A DNA stretch of 64,000 nt, taken from NCBI GenBank assembly GCA_963806185.1, contig CAWDXE010000001.1, positions 32,001-96,000 of the forward strand, read 5' to 3'. Origin of the DNA: an uncultured candidate division Zixibacteria bacterium (GTDB lineage: Bacteria > Zixibacteria > MSB-5A5 > GN15 > FEB-12). This document shows positions 10,033 to 20,097 of the stretch, one piece after another; position 1 is the stretch's first letter; each line of letters begins with the position of its first letter. The position numbers and the translations under genes are program-made. The notes under the pieces are model-generated. The model searched no databases, was not told the DNA's origin, and was given only the letters and a program-made list of their open reading frames with translations.

Positions 10033-13000
10033 CTATTTGAGGAGCATCATCTTCCTCGTTTCGATGAAGGCTCCTGACGTAAGACGATACAAGTAAACGC
10101 CGCTGGCGACACGATTGCCGAACGCATCGGTACCGGTCCAATCGACGGTATACCGGCCGGCCGGCTGGATCTCATCGACCAGAGTCGTCACCTTACGACC
10201 GAGAAGATCGTAAATCTCCAGATGCACTTGTCCCGGCTCGGGCAGCGCATAGGCGATTACCGTCGTCGGGTTGAACGGGTTCGGGTAGTTCTGCGCCAGT
10301 TCGTATACCGCCGGCAGCAACCCCGCTGACGTTGAATTGAGCGCGACAGTGAGCGGCTGGTTGTCCAAATCTCGCATCTGTCCCGTCGACAATGTTACCT
10401 GCGGCAGATCGCCCTGCTTGGCGACGAATGTGAAGCTGGCCAATTCACCCGAACCGATCATGGCCCTGCCCTCACCGAGCAGCGCCAGATCGAGTGTCAC
10501 CGAATTGCCGTCAGTACGCACTTTGCTGAACATCAGCTCGGTGGTCGTCTGCAGCGGACTCGAAAGCGCCGAACCGATGAAGTTGGCGTTGGCAAACGTG
10601 AGCACAGCCTGCACGGCTTTCAGATCGCCCGTGTTGTTCGCCAGCGAAAGGTGGTAGATCACCTGTCCATCACTTGGCTCGGCAGTCAAGTTCAAACCGA
10701 GCGGCCCATTTACCTCAGCATTGGCAAATAGCGGACTGACCTTTCCAGTCGGTGTTACTGCATTGAAATTGATGGCGAAGATCGCCAGGTCTTCAAAGTT
10801 CACCGAATCATCGGGCAGCGGTATCCCCTTCGGGCTCATGTTGTGCGTGGGTCCGAAGTCGGCATGCTTGACGTACCCGCCATCTATGTATGACTTGCCA
10901 TACGTCACCGAGAAGATCACGAGATCTTCGTAATAGACCTTGCCGTCATAATTGGTGGTCGAAACACCATTGTTGGAAATATCGCCCAACCAATACGAGG
11001 TAGCCCGATCCTGTGCGCTGACGGCGGCAACGGAGTAGTTGCCGGCAGCGTCATAGGCAAACGCACCGTAGTAGTAGATGTCCCGAGCAGCATCAGTCAG
11101 CGTGTACGTGTCGACGTGGCTGGTCGGCGCTGAGGCCGACGCGGCTGTGTCGAGGATGGTCGTTCCTATGGTCTGATCCGCCGGATATGCCGGGGCTGCC
11201 GTCGGCGTTGGCTGACTGCCGTACTCCGGCGAATCCGTCCACGGCACACGTTGAATCTTCACCCCGATGGCATCGCTGGTCGGTGAGTTGACCCAGGTCA
11301 ATTTCACTTTGTTGTGACCCGGTTTTGCCAGCAGCGCCGTCGGCGGGGTCGGCGCGGTTACGTCTTTCGTGAAACACCAGAAGACAGTGCACGAATCGGC
11401 ATTGCCGCGGCCGTTGTCGTCTGTTGTCTTGAAGTACACACAGTGCGCGCCCTCGGTCAGAGCACCAAAGCCCGGCAGCGTCCACGCAGCGTTGGTATAG
11501 GTCGTCCCGCCGAGAGCGGTGCCGATTGCCACCCAGGCGCCGGTGCAGCCATCGATTTGATAGTACACGGCATCGAGGCCGCAGTCATCCGACGCGCCGA
11601 TATTCAACACCGGAGCGACATTGTAGTATCCACCCGCTACCGGCGAATTCACTGCAATGGTCGGATCGATGCAATCGGCCACGAAGGTGCTTGCCGTAGC
11701 CAGCGGCACAACAATCTGCGTATTGGTGCTGTCACGTAAATCCCGATAAATCATCGAAATGTCGTTGGCCGTACAGAAGCTGGTCGCACCGTTCATGGTA
11801 ACCGTGAAGAGCGTTGCGGGACCATCGATGACATTCGGCACCAGAATGCCGATGTCAACTTTTAGTGTGTCCTTGCCTCCGGGCGGATTGGATGTTTGAG
11901 TTGCAACAAACACCTGATAGGCGCTGTTGACGGTGACGACGTTCAATTCCGACGGGAATTCAAGACGGACCGCCGCCGCATCGAGTGCGGTTACGGCCTC
12001 ACCGATATTCACACTGATTGTGAAGTTTCCGGCGCAATTGTAGGCGACGTCATCCGGCGTTATATCGAGACCGCAATCCGTAACGGGATTGTTGTCGACA
12101 TTGGCGCCCGTGCCCCCGACCGCATACGAACCGGTGCCGGAATAGTCGTTCCAGCAATTCTGGTTGTAGTAATTCGCCGCCGTGTTGTCGTCGGCATTGA
12201 CCGTGTTGGCGAACGTATTATTCTGTGCGTTCACCGTGCCGTTCTCATTATAGAGACCAAGCCCGTTGAAAAGCACGTCGTTGCCGCTCAATACGCCGGT
12301 CAGCGTACCGCCGGCTTCCTCCCACATCACTATGCCATTGGCAAAGTTGGTGAGCCGGTTGCCGATCGCTGTGAAATTAAGAATTTCGGGTGAGTAATCG
12401 TCCGCCTCCAAACCGACGCCTCCTCCACCGCCGTCGAGCTGGTTCCCCGTTGCCGACGTAGTGATGATCGCCACATTGGCTGAAGCTCTGACCGATGAAC
12501 GCAGGCCACTAGCTTCACCATCGAACGGTGACGGTTTTGGCTGACGAGAGGGCTGGTTCTTGTACGGGTCGATGACAATGTTCCAGTACGACGTCAAGCC
12601 AGTGCCGGCCGGCGTCGCTGTCACAGTATTGCTGTCGATCTGGCCACCCACATTGATGTACCAGATACCGACCATACACTCGTCGACGAGATTATTCTTC
12701 GTCAGGATCGGACCGGTGGCGCCCGTCAACAAAATGCCGGTAGCGGACCAGCCGGCGCCCGTGTACGAAGAGCCGTAGACCTGATTGCCGATAAGGCTGC
12801 CGGTCGCACTGTAGCCGATCTGGATACCATTCATGGCGTTGAACGATGCCGGACCGTAGCCATCGATATCACAATACGAGATGTTGCCCGTGGCATACGG
12901 ACCGTTGACGACGATAGCACCCTTCTGGAATCCCACCACGTGCGTGTGACTGACCGCAATCGTCCGCATCGGCGCAGAGCTGTTGTACCCGTACACGCCA

Positions 13001-16000
13001 ATGCCGTGCTGGCCGCCGTCAATCGGGTTGTTGCGAACGTCTTTAACTTCGCAGCTATCAATGCCACCGCCGGCATTGAAGAAGCCGACACCGACGAAGC
13101 GGTAATTGATATTCCCTTTGGCGAGACCGTCAAGCGTCAGCTTGGAGATATTGACGCCATCTGAGTTCTCGACCGATATGACCGCAAAGTTGTTTGCGCC
13201 AGTCGCATAATAATGCGTCATGGGGGCAGTCGGCGGCGTGACAAAGGTCGTGCCGATGCCGCTACCGATGATGTTCAGGCCGGTGAATCCGTTGATGACC
13301 ACCTGGCCGGCATACGTTCCGGGCATCAGGTAGATCGTACTGCCGTCAACCAGGTCCACGGCCTCCTGGACGCGCACCACCGAACCACTCTGCGCATTGT
13401 CGTCGTCGACATAGAGAACTGAGAGACTGCCCTGGAAACCGACAGTCCCGGTGCCGTTGTCGACATCGGCGTCGATCCCGGAGCCGAGCCACGGGGTATA
13501 GTCCATGTCACCGATGCCGGCGCCTCGGACCGAAAGAGCTCCACCCGGAGGCACAGCCGCGCCGCCATAAGCGACCGGAATCAACGATGTGTATCCCGGT
13601 TCTGCGCCGTTGGTGTTGGCCGTCGTCAACGCGGTCGAACCGAGCCAGTTGCCGGAGAAGTTCTTCACGCCTCCAGTCAGGCTTCGATTCTCGATCTGAG
13701 CGTACCAGTTGCCCTCAATCTTGTTATTGAAAAACGTGGTCCCGGTAGCATCTTCAGTGCTGGCCGCCAGCCAGAGAATGCCGACCGTCCAGTTGTTGGT
13801 GACCTCGTTTTCTTCAAAGCGATTATTGGTGCACTGGTTTCTGAGAATGAGACCGGACCGGTTGAAATCCAGCACGCAATTGTGAATGTAGTTCCCGGAC
13901 GTGTAGTTGAGATCAATACCGGTTCTGTTCCCGATGAACTTACATTCGGCCACCTCGGCGTTGGCCGCCATTCCTTGAACAGCCAAGCCGGCCAACTTGA
14001 CGTTTGTGACCCAGTCGGTCACGTTGTTGCCATCGCGTGTAATGGTGAATCCTTTGATCACCACGCCGGCGTTGGTCGTCACGCGAACTGTTGCTGAGTT
14101 CGCTCCCGTTTTTAAGCCGATGATAGTTGCTTGGTCGATGCCGGAACCGATGAGCGACACGGCCTTGCCGACTGTCACGTCCTCAAGGTAGGCGCCGTCG
14201 AGCACGTTCACCGTACCGCCGGTACCTACGGCTGTGAGACCAGTCATGATGGTCGCAAATGCATCGTATCCATAGATATGCCCGCCGACAACATTCCCCT
14301 CGGCGCTGCCGGTCCAGTCGTCATCGACCCATACCACCATCGGCGGATTGGTCAGAGTACAATTCGTGTGCGTTGCGTCGGAGCACCACGGATCGAAGTC
14401 GATCGTCCCTGGCACCTGAGCAAGGTGACTGAGAATGGTCGCGTAATTGACACTGCACCAGAAATTGGCTTCGGCATTGACCGGCGCGGTGGTAGCGTTT
14501 ACCAGATCGCCGTACGATGACCCGTCAACGCCCACGTAGGTCTGGACATTGTTGCAGATATCGGCGCCGTGGATGGTCACGCCGGTCGGACCGGAATTGC
14601 TCTTGGCAGGCTCGCCGAACCGTATGCCGCGTTCATTGCCGGTGTAACTGCCACCGGTGATGCTCACCCCGGTGAGAGTCGCCGGATACCCGCCGTAGGT
14701 GGCGCCGTCACTGCGCGCCTTGATCATGAAACCGGCGCCGTGCTGCACGAACTTACCGTTGTTGGTGACGGTCATGTTCGTGAAACTCAAATTGGCGTAC
14801 GGTTCCATTCCTTTCAGGTTCACATCAAAGCCGCCGTTCCAGGCTTTATTATAGAAGGACAGGTTGAGACCGTTATTGTTGACGACACAGCCGGTGAAGG
14901 CCGCGTCGGACAGCTTCTCAACGTAAATCCCCTTTGCGTCGTTATTGCTGAAGCTGGTGTTGCTGACGGCGACATAGCGCACCAAGCTGCCGCCTGGTCC
15001 CCAGTCGCCGTGCTTTGCAAAATACCAGCCGTAGGTGAGATGGTCGAAAGCGCTGTTGGTAATGTCCAGATTGAAGAGACTGGCGAGCGTCGACACTTTC
15101 AGGCCGACTTCACTCTCGATATCGTTGGTCTCATTGGTGCCGATGATCTGGACGTTGTCCATGGACACATATGAGACACTCCCTGTCGGAACATTAAATC
15201 CATACAATTGAACGGGAAGCACGCGCAAATCCTTGAATAATACCGGACTGCTCGAGGAGAGTCCCGACGCACTCAACTGTACGACGGAACTGGTCGGCGC
15301 GCTTGCAGGCGACGACTGCATCAGGTGCGTGTTGAGCAACGAATCCGCACCGCTTCCGGCTCCCACGAGGGAGATCCGCTTGTTGATGTCGATTCCCCCG
15401 CGGAACACGCCGGGTCGCAAATTGACCGCGTCGCCGGCCGTGGCGAAGCCTATGGCCTCCTGAATGGTCGAACCATTCGAGGTGTTGGCATACCACTGCC
15501 AGGGGTGAGCGGTGGTTCGATAATCCGCACCCCACCAGGGCGAGTAGTCGATGCCGTTGTCGATCGAATTCCCGGCGCCGGAAGGATTGGAAGAGGCATT
15601 CTGCGGGCCGGACGTGGCGCCCCAGAAATTGGAGGTCATAGTAAGGTCAAAGGTGCCCGCGCCGAGAGATCCTGTTCCCTTGACCACACCGGTATTGCTG
15701 TTGCCGCTGATGACGTTGCCGGTGGCAGTCAATTTCGCCGTGTACCCGGATTCGGTTTCGATATAGATGCCATCTGCGTTGTTGATGATCGCATTGCCGG
15801 TCAATTCGATCGTCGGACTCGAAGAGCCCCAGCCCCACAATGATGTGGTCAGATAGAATCCGGTGGCCAGCGGGTTTCCAGCACCGTCTATCGTGTTGTC
15901 GATGAACCTGGTGGTAATCCCCGTGCTGTTCGCCCCCGCACTCGCTATACCGACGGCAAGATTGGTAAGCGTGTTGTTGCGCACGATCGGCGCGATGTAC

Positions 16001-16797
16001 GGTTGGAATACGAAGATGCCATACCCGGCGGTTGGGTTGTTGGAAACGTTGTTGGCTATAATCGTGTCGGCGAACAGACCACCGCTGCCCGCATTATCGG
16101 TGTGCACGCCCGTGCCGCTATTGGTCACGGTGTTGCCGCGGAACACCACGCCCGTCGACCAGTTCGAGGCGATGGCGTCGTTGCAGTTGGATACCGTGTT
16201 GTATTCAATTTTGCCCGAACCGTAGAAGTTGAACAGTCCAATCGACTGGGATTCACCTGCCACGTTGTCGATAATACAATGATGGAAATTGAACGTGCCG
16301 CCTGAAGAGGCATAGATGCCGCGCAGGTAGATGTTCTTCACTGTTACATAGCGAACTTCCAGACCGGCAAACATACCCAGCGGATGATTCGTTATTATCC
16401 CGTTGCGGGCGTCGAGGTCGGCACCGCCGACGACAAGGCCGCTGGTCAATCCGGGATTGTCACCGTCCAGTGTCATGCCTTCGATTAACACACTGTTGGC
16501 CTGAACCAGCATGATCGTGCTGTGGCCGGCAGGCAATGACCCTGTCCCAGTGTTAGGTGCCGAGGAGGCCGGATAGACAGTCACCAAACTTGCCCCCACA
16601 CCTATGAGACTCAGCGATTTGTTGATGATTATGTTATCTGTGTAGGTCCCGGCCAGAATGCTGATCGTATCCCCGGGAGATGCCGCGGTCACGGCGGCGC
16701 TGATAGTGGTGTAGTCTGTTGGCACAGTGATTGTGACGGCCAGACTCATGACCGGTAGCACACAGACCATCACTGCAAAAAGTACCAGTTTCCTCAC
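10033..16797 (-). CDS. Giant secreted parallel beta-helix protein with two cohesin-like modules, Ig/Fn3 domains, a divergent dockerin-like module and FlgD/T9SS-like tail
   Basis: 2254 aa; signal peptide; repeated TI..A...A..GDTI....G.Y helix starts and N.I..N..GI coils; cohesin-like ~12066-11710 and ~10708-10352; dockerin-like GDISNNG...DGKVYYEDLVIF / DDSVNFEDLAIFAINF ~10996-10760; LAQNYPNPFNP...SGVYLY...RKMMLLK. Confidence 0.85.
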   Translation of the reverse strand: MRKLVLFAVMVCVLPVMSLAVTITVPTDYTTISAAVTAASPGDTISILAGTYTDNIIINKSLSLIGVGASLVTVYPASSAPNTGTGSLPAGHSTIMLVQANSVLIEGMTLDGDNPGLTSGLVVGGADLDARNGIITNHPLGMFAGLEVRYVTVKNIYLRGIYASSGGTFNFHHCIIDNVAGESQSIGLFNFYGSGKIEYNTVSNCNDAIASNWSTGVVFRGNTVTNSGTGVHTDNAGSGGLFADTIIANNVSNNPTAGYGIFVFQPYIAPIVRNNTLTNLAVGIASAGANSTGITTRFIDNTIDGAGNPLATGFYLTTSLWGWGSSSPTIELTGNAIINNADGIYIETESGYTAKLTATGNVISGNSNTGVVKGTGSLGAGTFDLTMTSNFWGATSGPQNASSNPSGAGNSIDNGIDYSPWWGADYRTTAHPWQWYANTSNGSTIQEAIGFATAGDAVNLRPGVFRGGIDINKRISLVGAGSGADSLLNTHLMQSSPASAPTSSVVQLSASGLSSSSPVLFKDLRVLPVQLYGFNVPTGSVSYVSMDNVQIIGTNETNDIESEVGLKVSTLASLFNLDITNSAFDHLTYGWYFAKHGDWGPGGSLVRYVAVSNTSFSNNDAKGIYVEKLSDAAFTGCVVNNNGLNLSFYNKAWNGGFDVNLKGMEPYANLSFTNMTVTNNGKFVQHGAGFMIKARSDGATYGGYPATLTGVSITGGSYTGNERGIRFGEPAKSNSGPTGVTIHGADICNNVQTYVGVDGSSYGDLVNATTAPVNAEANFWCSVNYATILSHLAQVPGTIDFDPWCSDATHTNCTLTNPPMVVWVDDDWTGSAEGNVVGGHIYGYDAFATIMTGLTAVGTGGTVNVLDGAYLEDVTVGKAVSLIGSGIDQATIIGLKTGANSATVRVTTNAGVVIKGFTITRDGNNVTDWVTNVKLAGLAVQGMAANAEVAECKFIGNRTGIDLNYTSGNYIHNCVLDFNRSGLILRNQCTNNRFEENEVTNNWTVGILWLAASTEDATGTTFFNNKIEGNWYAQIENRSLTGGVKNFSGNWLGSTALTTANTNGAEPGYTSLIPVAYGGAAVPPGGALSVRGAGIGDMDYTPWLGSGIDADVDNGTGTVGFQGSLSVLYVDDDNAQSGSVVRVQEAVDLVDGSTIYLMPGTYAGQVVINGFTGLNIIGSGIGTTFVTPPTAPMTHYYATGANNFAVISVENSDGVNISKLTLDGLAKGNINYRFVGVGFFNAGGGIDSCEVKDVRNNPIDGGQHGIGVYGYNSSAPMRTIAVSHTHVVGFQKGAIVVNGPYATGNISYCDIDGYGPASFNAMNGIQIGYSATGSLIGNQVYGSSYTGAGWSATGILLTGATGPILTKNNLVDECMVGIWYINVGGQIDSNTVTATPAGTGLTSYWNIVIDPYKNQPSRQPKPSPFDGEASGLRSSVRASANVAIITTSATGNQLDGGGGGVGLEADDYSPEILNFTAIGNRLTNFANGIVMWEEAGGTLTGVLSGNDVLFNGLGLYNENGTVNAQNNTFANTVNADDNTAANYYNQNCWNDYSGTGSYAVGGTGANVDNNPVTDCGLDITPDDVAYNCAGNFTISVNIGEAVTALDAAAVRLEFPSELNVVTVNSAYQVFVATQTSNPPGGKDTLKVDIGILVPNVIDGPATLFTVTMNGATSFCTANDISMIYRDLRDSTNTQIVVPLATASTFVADCIDPTIAVNSPVAGGYYNVAPVLNIGASDDCGLDAVYYQIDGCTGAWVAIGTALGGTTYTNAAWTLPGFGALTEGAHCVYFKTTDDNGRGNADSCTVFWCFTKDVTAPTPPTALLAKPGHNKVKLTWVNSPTSDAIGVKIQRVPWTDSPEYGSQPTPTAAPAYPADQTIGTTILDTAASASAPTSHVDTYTLTDAARDIYYYGAFAYDAAGNYSVAAVSAQDRATSYWLGDISNNGVSTTNYDGKVYYEDLVIFSVTYGKSYIDGGYVKHADFGPTHNMSPKGIPLPDDSVNFEDLAIFAINFNAVTPTGKVSPLFANAEVNGPLGLNLTAEPSDGQVIYHLSLANNTGDLKAVQAVLTFANANFIGSALSSPLQTTTELMFSKVRTDGNSVTLDLALLGEGRAMIGSGELASFTFVAKQGDLPQVTLSTGQMRDLDNQPLTVALNSTSAGLLPAVYELAQNYPNPFNPTTVIAYALPEPGQVHLEIYDLLGRKVTTLVDEIQPAGRYTVDWTGTDAFGNRVASGVYLYRLTSGAFIETRKMMLLK

Positions 16798-17173
16798 GTC
16801 TGCTCCTCCCCGGGAGGTGTGCGTCGCACGAGCTCACTGAATCAGCCGGATCCGTGGCAAGCCTGGCGATCTCACCCGGTTCTTGAATTAATAAGTCGAT
16901 AAGAAATTTAGTCGGGGAGTCCGAAGCCGTCGGCCTCGAACGCGAGAGTAGCGCGAACGTGTGTGTCGCTCGAACCACATTGTCTCTGCTGTGTCTCACC
17001 TCCCTTCGTCCAAGGTAGTGTGACCGCACGTCCTGCACATCGCCGGAGGGTTACTCCGTGACGCATGTCGCCCCAGCCCGTGCAGACCGACAATGCATGG
17101 CCAATTGATCTTCTGTTCTACTGCTGAACTGCCCCTGTGTGCTCCAACCGGTGGGACAACCGGCACCAAGTTA

Positions 17174-17201
17174 ACTATAGCAGCCTGGTGCGCATTGTCA
17201 A
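17174..17201 (-). promoter_or_regulatory. sigma70-type promoter for the giant-protein/adaptor operon
   Basis: TTGACA-16-TATAGT with extended -10 (TGc) on the minus strand; implies a ~370-nt leader. Confidence 0.65.
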
Positions 17202-17316
17202 GGGAAATCTCCACTTCGATCCGTTTAGAAGCGAAAGATTGGCTCCCCGCAAGTCAGTGACAGAGGCGGCCCCGTTCCTCCCAGCGAGGACGGACCATCA
17301 GCCCGCACCGAATTGG

Positions 17317-20097
17317 TTACTCGGTCGGCTGAATGGCACAGCCCGGTTTGAGCGGCGTGTAACTCACGAAGAGGTGGTCGATAAGAATCGTGAGGTCGAG
17401 TATATCAACTGAGCAGTCGTCGTTGAGATCACCAATATTCATCGGATTGAGTGGTTGCATTTCGATAAATAGATAGCTCACCATCCGCGTCAGGTCGGAG
17501 ATGTCAGTGCTGAAATCATTGGTCAGGTCGCCCAAGGCGTAAATTCGGAATGATGCCGTGACCGAGAGCGCCGATCTGCCGGTCTTGTCCATGGCCCGGG
17601 TGCGCCACCAGTACTGGTCTCCGTACACCAGATCCTCGGGAAGCGCAAAAGTGGTTTGACTGACCCACTCCTCATACTTGACCACAAAACCTGTATCGCT
17701 GGCTATCTGAATCAGGTACCTGACAGTATCGAGCGGATCGGGATCGACTGACCGATTCCACACGCAGGTAGGCCGCACCGTGTAGAGAGGCACGGCCGGG
17801 TTTCGAGGTGACAGCGGCGCCCCCGTCGGGGGCACCTCCTCCCTGCAATTAATGTAGTACTTCCGCACTTCTGTCCAATCCGAATACTCCCATCGATCAG
17901 TGGATCGCAAGCGAATGAAGAACGCCTTGTTTTCCCATCGCAGTGCAGGCTTCCACGTAGTCTCCCACAGGTCGTAGACATAGCGGGCGAGTTGTGTCAA
18001 CGCGGAATCCGCATATACTTCTACGTCGAAGCGCACCCCGTCTCCATCCGGATCCGGTTGGAGCGACCAATACAACTGGTATTGTGAGTCGGCCACAATC
18101 GCCCCCGGCGGCGGCCATTCCAACGTCGGCAAGGGCGGTGCGCTGTTCACGCGAATCATAGCATAATACCACGGCGACCAGATTGCGCCATCGGAGACCC
18201 GAATGCGCACGCCATACGTCTGTCCGCGCTGCAACGCCGGGCCGTCGTACATCATCGCTGTGTCGGTGCTCGGAGCCGACGTGCGCTGCCATAGCGGCGA
18301 AGTTGGGCACGGGCCTTCGTGCAGTTCGATTTCGAACCCGGTCTGCCGCGCACGATCCTCAGCACGTACATAGCTCCAATCGATCGTCAGGTCTCCCGGG
18401 ATCACATGTGAGTTTCCAGAGATTCCGTTGAAAAGCAGGTCGGCCAGGAATATTCCCTCAGCCGAATACGGAACCGCTCCCATGTCGCTGCGTGAACCGT
18501 CCGGGTCGTAGAAATCGCTGGACGGGTCACCCGAATCCAGACAGGGCGAAGCGCTGTCAAGGATGAAACTGCCGAGATGCCGGCTCGGCAGCAGCGGATC
18601 GAGCGCGAGACTCCCGGGGCCGATCGGCGCGTCCGGGTATCGGTCCTGACCGTTTTGCCAGAAACAATTGTACGTCTCTTCACTGCCCGTGTAGTTTGAA
18701 ATGGCCACGGTGCAATACTGGAAGATGTTGTTCTTGATCACTGAGGCGGCGTTGGCAATGTAAAGGGCGTTAGTGGTCACGCTGTCCACAGTATTATTGA
18801 CAAACGTAAGCTCCGTGTAAATGTCGGCGAATATGAGGTTGCCGGTTGTCTGTAAATTGCTGAAGGTGCAACGGCTGATCTGGCATCGGCTTGCTCCAGT
18901 CAGTGAAATCAGATTAGCCTTGATTTTCAGTCTTTCGAAAGACATGCCCATCAACTCCAGCGACGCACTAGGCGCATATATTTGGCCCACGTCGCTCGAC
19001 CCGCGCATAGTCATTCCGCTCAACGACAGCCGAGCACCTGCCTGCAACCGAAAGAGATATCCCGAAGTAGCGGCCTTCGGCATGAGAATCGTCTCGTTGG
19101 GACCCTCGGCCGATCTGATCACCACTCGATCGGTTATCGAGGTTTCAGCAATCTCGTAGCAGCCCGGCATCACCACAATTGTATCACTGTTGCCGCACGT
19201 GGCAATGGCCTCCGCCAGCGTGGCAAATGTGCCCGGGACATATATTAAGGTCGAGAAGTCGACGTGAAACATGAACTTGGTCCAGCCGCCCCATACGGTG
19301 CCGTTGAAAACGCGAATCCGGAGGACATACGTGGTGTTATCCTGAAGTGGGGAACCACCATAGACCATTGACGTATCGCCGGTGATGATCTGACCCGACT
19401 GCCATTGCTCGGCGACGACCCAGTCTGTGTCATTGCCAACCTCAATTTCGACGCCCTGCTGCACCCCGGGCAAGGTATCGAGAAAATGCCAGTTGAACTG
19501 CGGTACGGAGCCACTCGCTCCGGCTGACTCCGGATCTCCACAATTAATATTCCGTGCCACCGGATACTCGGTGCGATCAAACTCGGCGATAAAGCCGTTC
19601 AGAGCAGTAGTTCGGCGTACGTCATTCCACCGTCCACCAAAACCAAAATACATCGCGGCAAAATCCTCGTTGTCGGCATTGTTGGGTTCCCCCGAAATCC
19701 AATTGGTAAATACCCAGGGCTCACCGGATATCCATTCCCACTTCCCTTCAACCAGCGAGTCGGTTCCGCCGATGAAGTACGACTCCAGGTAGCTGTTTCT
19801 GAAGGCAGCGTAAACGAACGCCTGCTCTTCGGCCGACGTGATAGAAGCCAGTTGGCCCCCCATCTTGAACGCCGAGTCGGCGGCAAACGGCCACGTGCAG
19901 GACTTCGCCACGATTTGGTATTGTTTGCCCGTGGCCGGATCCGTTACGGCCTGGGCCGACACTTCGACAACTCCCGCCAGGACTAGCGCTATCGCCAGGC
20001 CGACGGTCAGCTGAAGGGACAGCGACAATAACCTTCTCATCGCCGAGACCGAACGCTTCGAGGAATGCTGCTGAATCTTCCCGCACGAGTTGTTCAT
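17317..20097 (-). CDS. Secreted C-type lectin / beta-helix / Fn3 / dockerin-like protein (paralogue B)
   Basis: CTLD with FIGGTD..EGKWEW, WISGEPNN, RWNDV; beta-helix; SPCLDSGDP...DPDGSRSDMGA; Fn3-like units; GDLTNDFSTDISDL / GDLNDDCSVDILDL. Alternative start 20040. Confidence 0.85.
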   Translation of the reverse strand: MNNSCGKIQQHSSKRSVSAMRRLLSLSLQLTVGLAIALVLAGVVEVSAQAVTDPATGKQYQIVAKSCTWPFAADSAFKMGGQLASITSAEEQAFVYAAFRNSYLESYFIGGTDSLVEGKWEWISGEPWVFTNWISGEPNNADNEDFAAMYFGFGGRWNDVRRTTALNGFIAEFDRTEYPVARNINCGDPESAGASGSVPQFNWHFLDTLPGVQQGVEIEVGNDTDWVVAEQWQSGQIITGDTSMVYGGSPLQDNTTYVLRIRVFNGTVWGGWTKFMFHVDFSTLIYVPGTFATLAEAIATCGNSDTIVVMPGCYEIAETSITDRVVIRSAEGPNETILMPKAATSGYLFRLQAGARLSLSGMTMRGSSDVGQIYAPSASLELMGMSFERLKIKANLISLTGASRCQISRCTFSNLQTTGNLIFADIYTELTFVNNTVDSVTTNALYIANAASVIKNNIFQYCTVAISNYTGSEETYNCFWQNGQDRYPDAPIGPGSLALDPLLPSRHLGSFILDSASPCLDSGDPSSDFYDPDGSRSDMGAVPYSAEGIFLADLLFNGISGNSHVIPGDLTIDWSYVRAEDRARQTGFEIELHEGPCPTSPLWQRTSAPSTDTAMMYDGPALQRGQTYGVRIRVSDGAIWSPWYYAMIRVNSAPPLPTLEWPPPGAIVADSQYQLYWSLQPDPDGDGVRFDVEVYADSALTQLARYVYDLWETTWKPALRWENKAFFIRLRSTDRWEYSDWTEVRKYYINCREEVPPTGAPLSPRNPAVPLYTVRPTCVWNRSVDPDPLDTVRYLIQIASDTGFVVKYEEWVSQTTFALPEDLVYGDQYWWRTRAMDKTGRSALSVTASFRIYALGDLTNDFSTDISDLTRMVSYLFIEMQPLNPMNIGDLNDDCSVDILDLTILIDHLFVSYTPLKPGCAIQPTE

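Noticed and set aside
16798..17170. Known riboswitch (c-di-GMP, cobalamin, TPP, SAM) in the long leader
   Set aside because: I could not find the conserved core motifs by eye; kept only as an unclassified leader.
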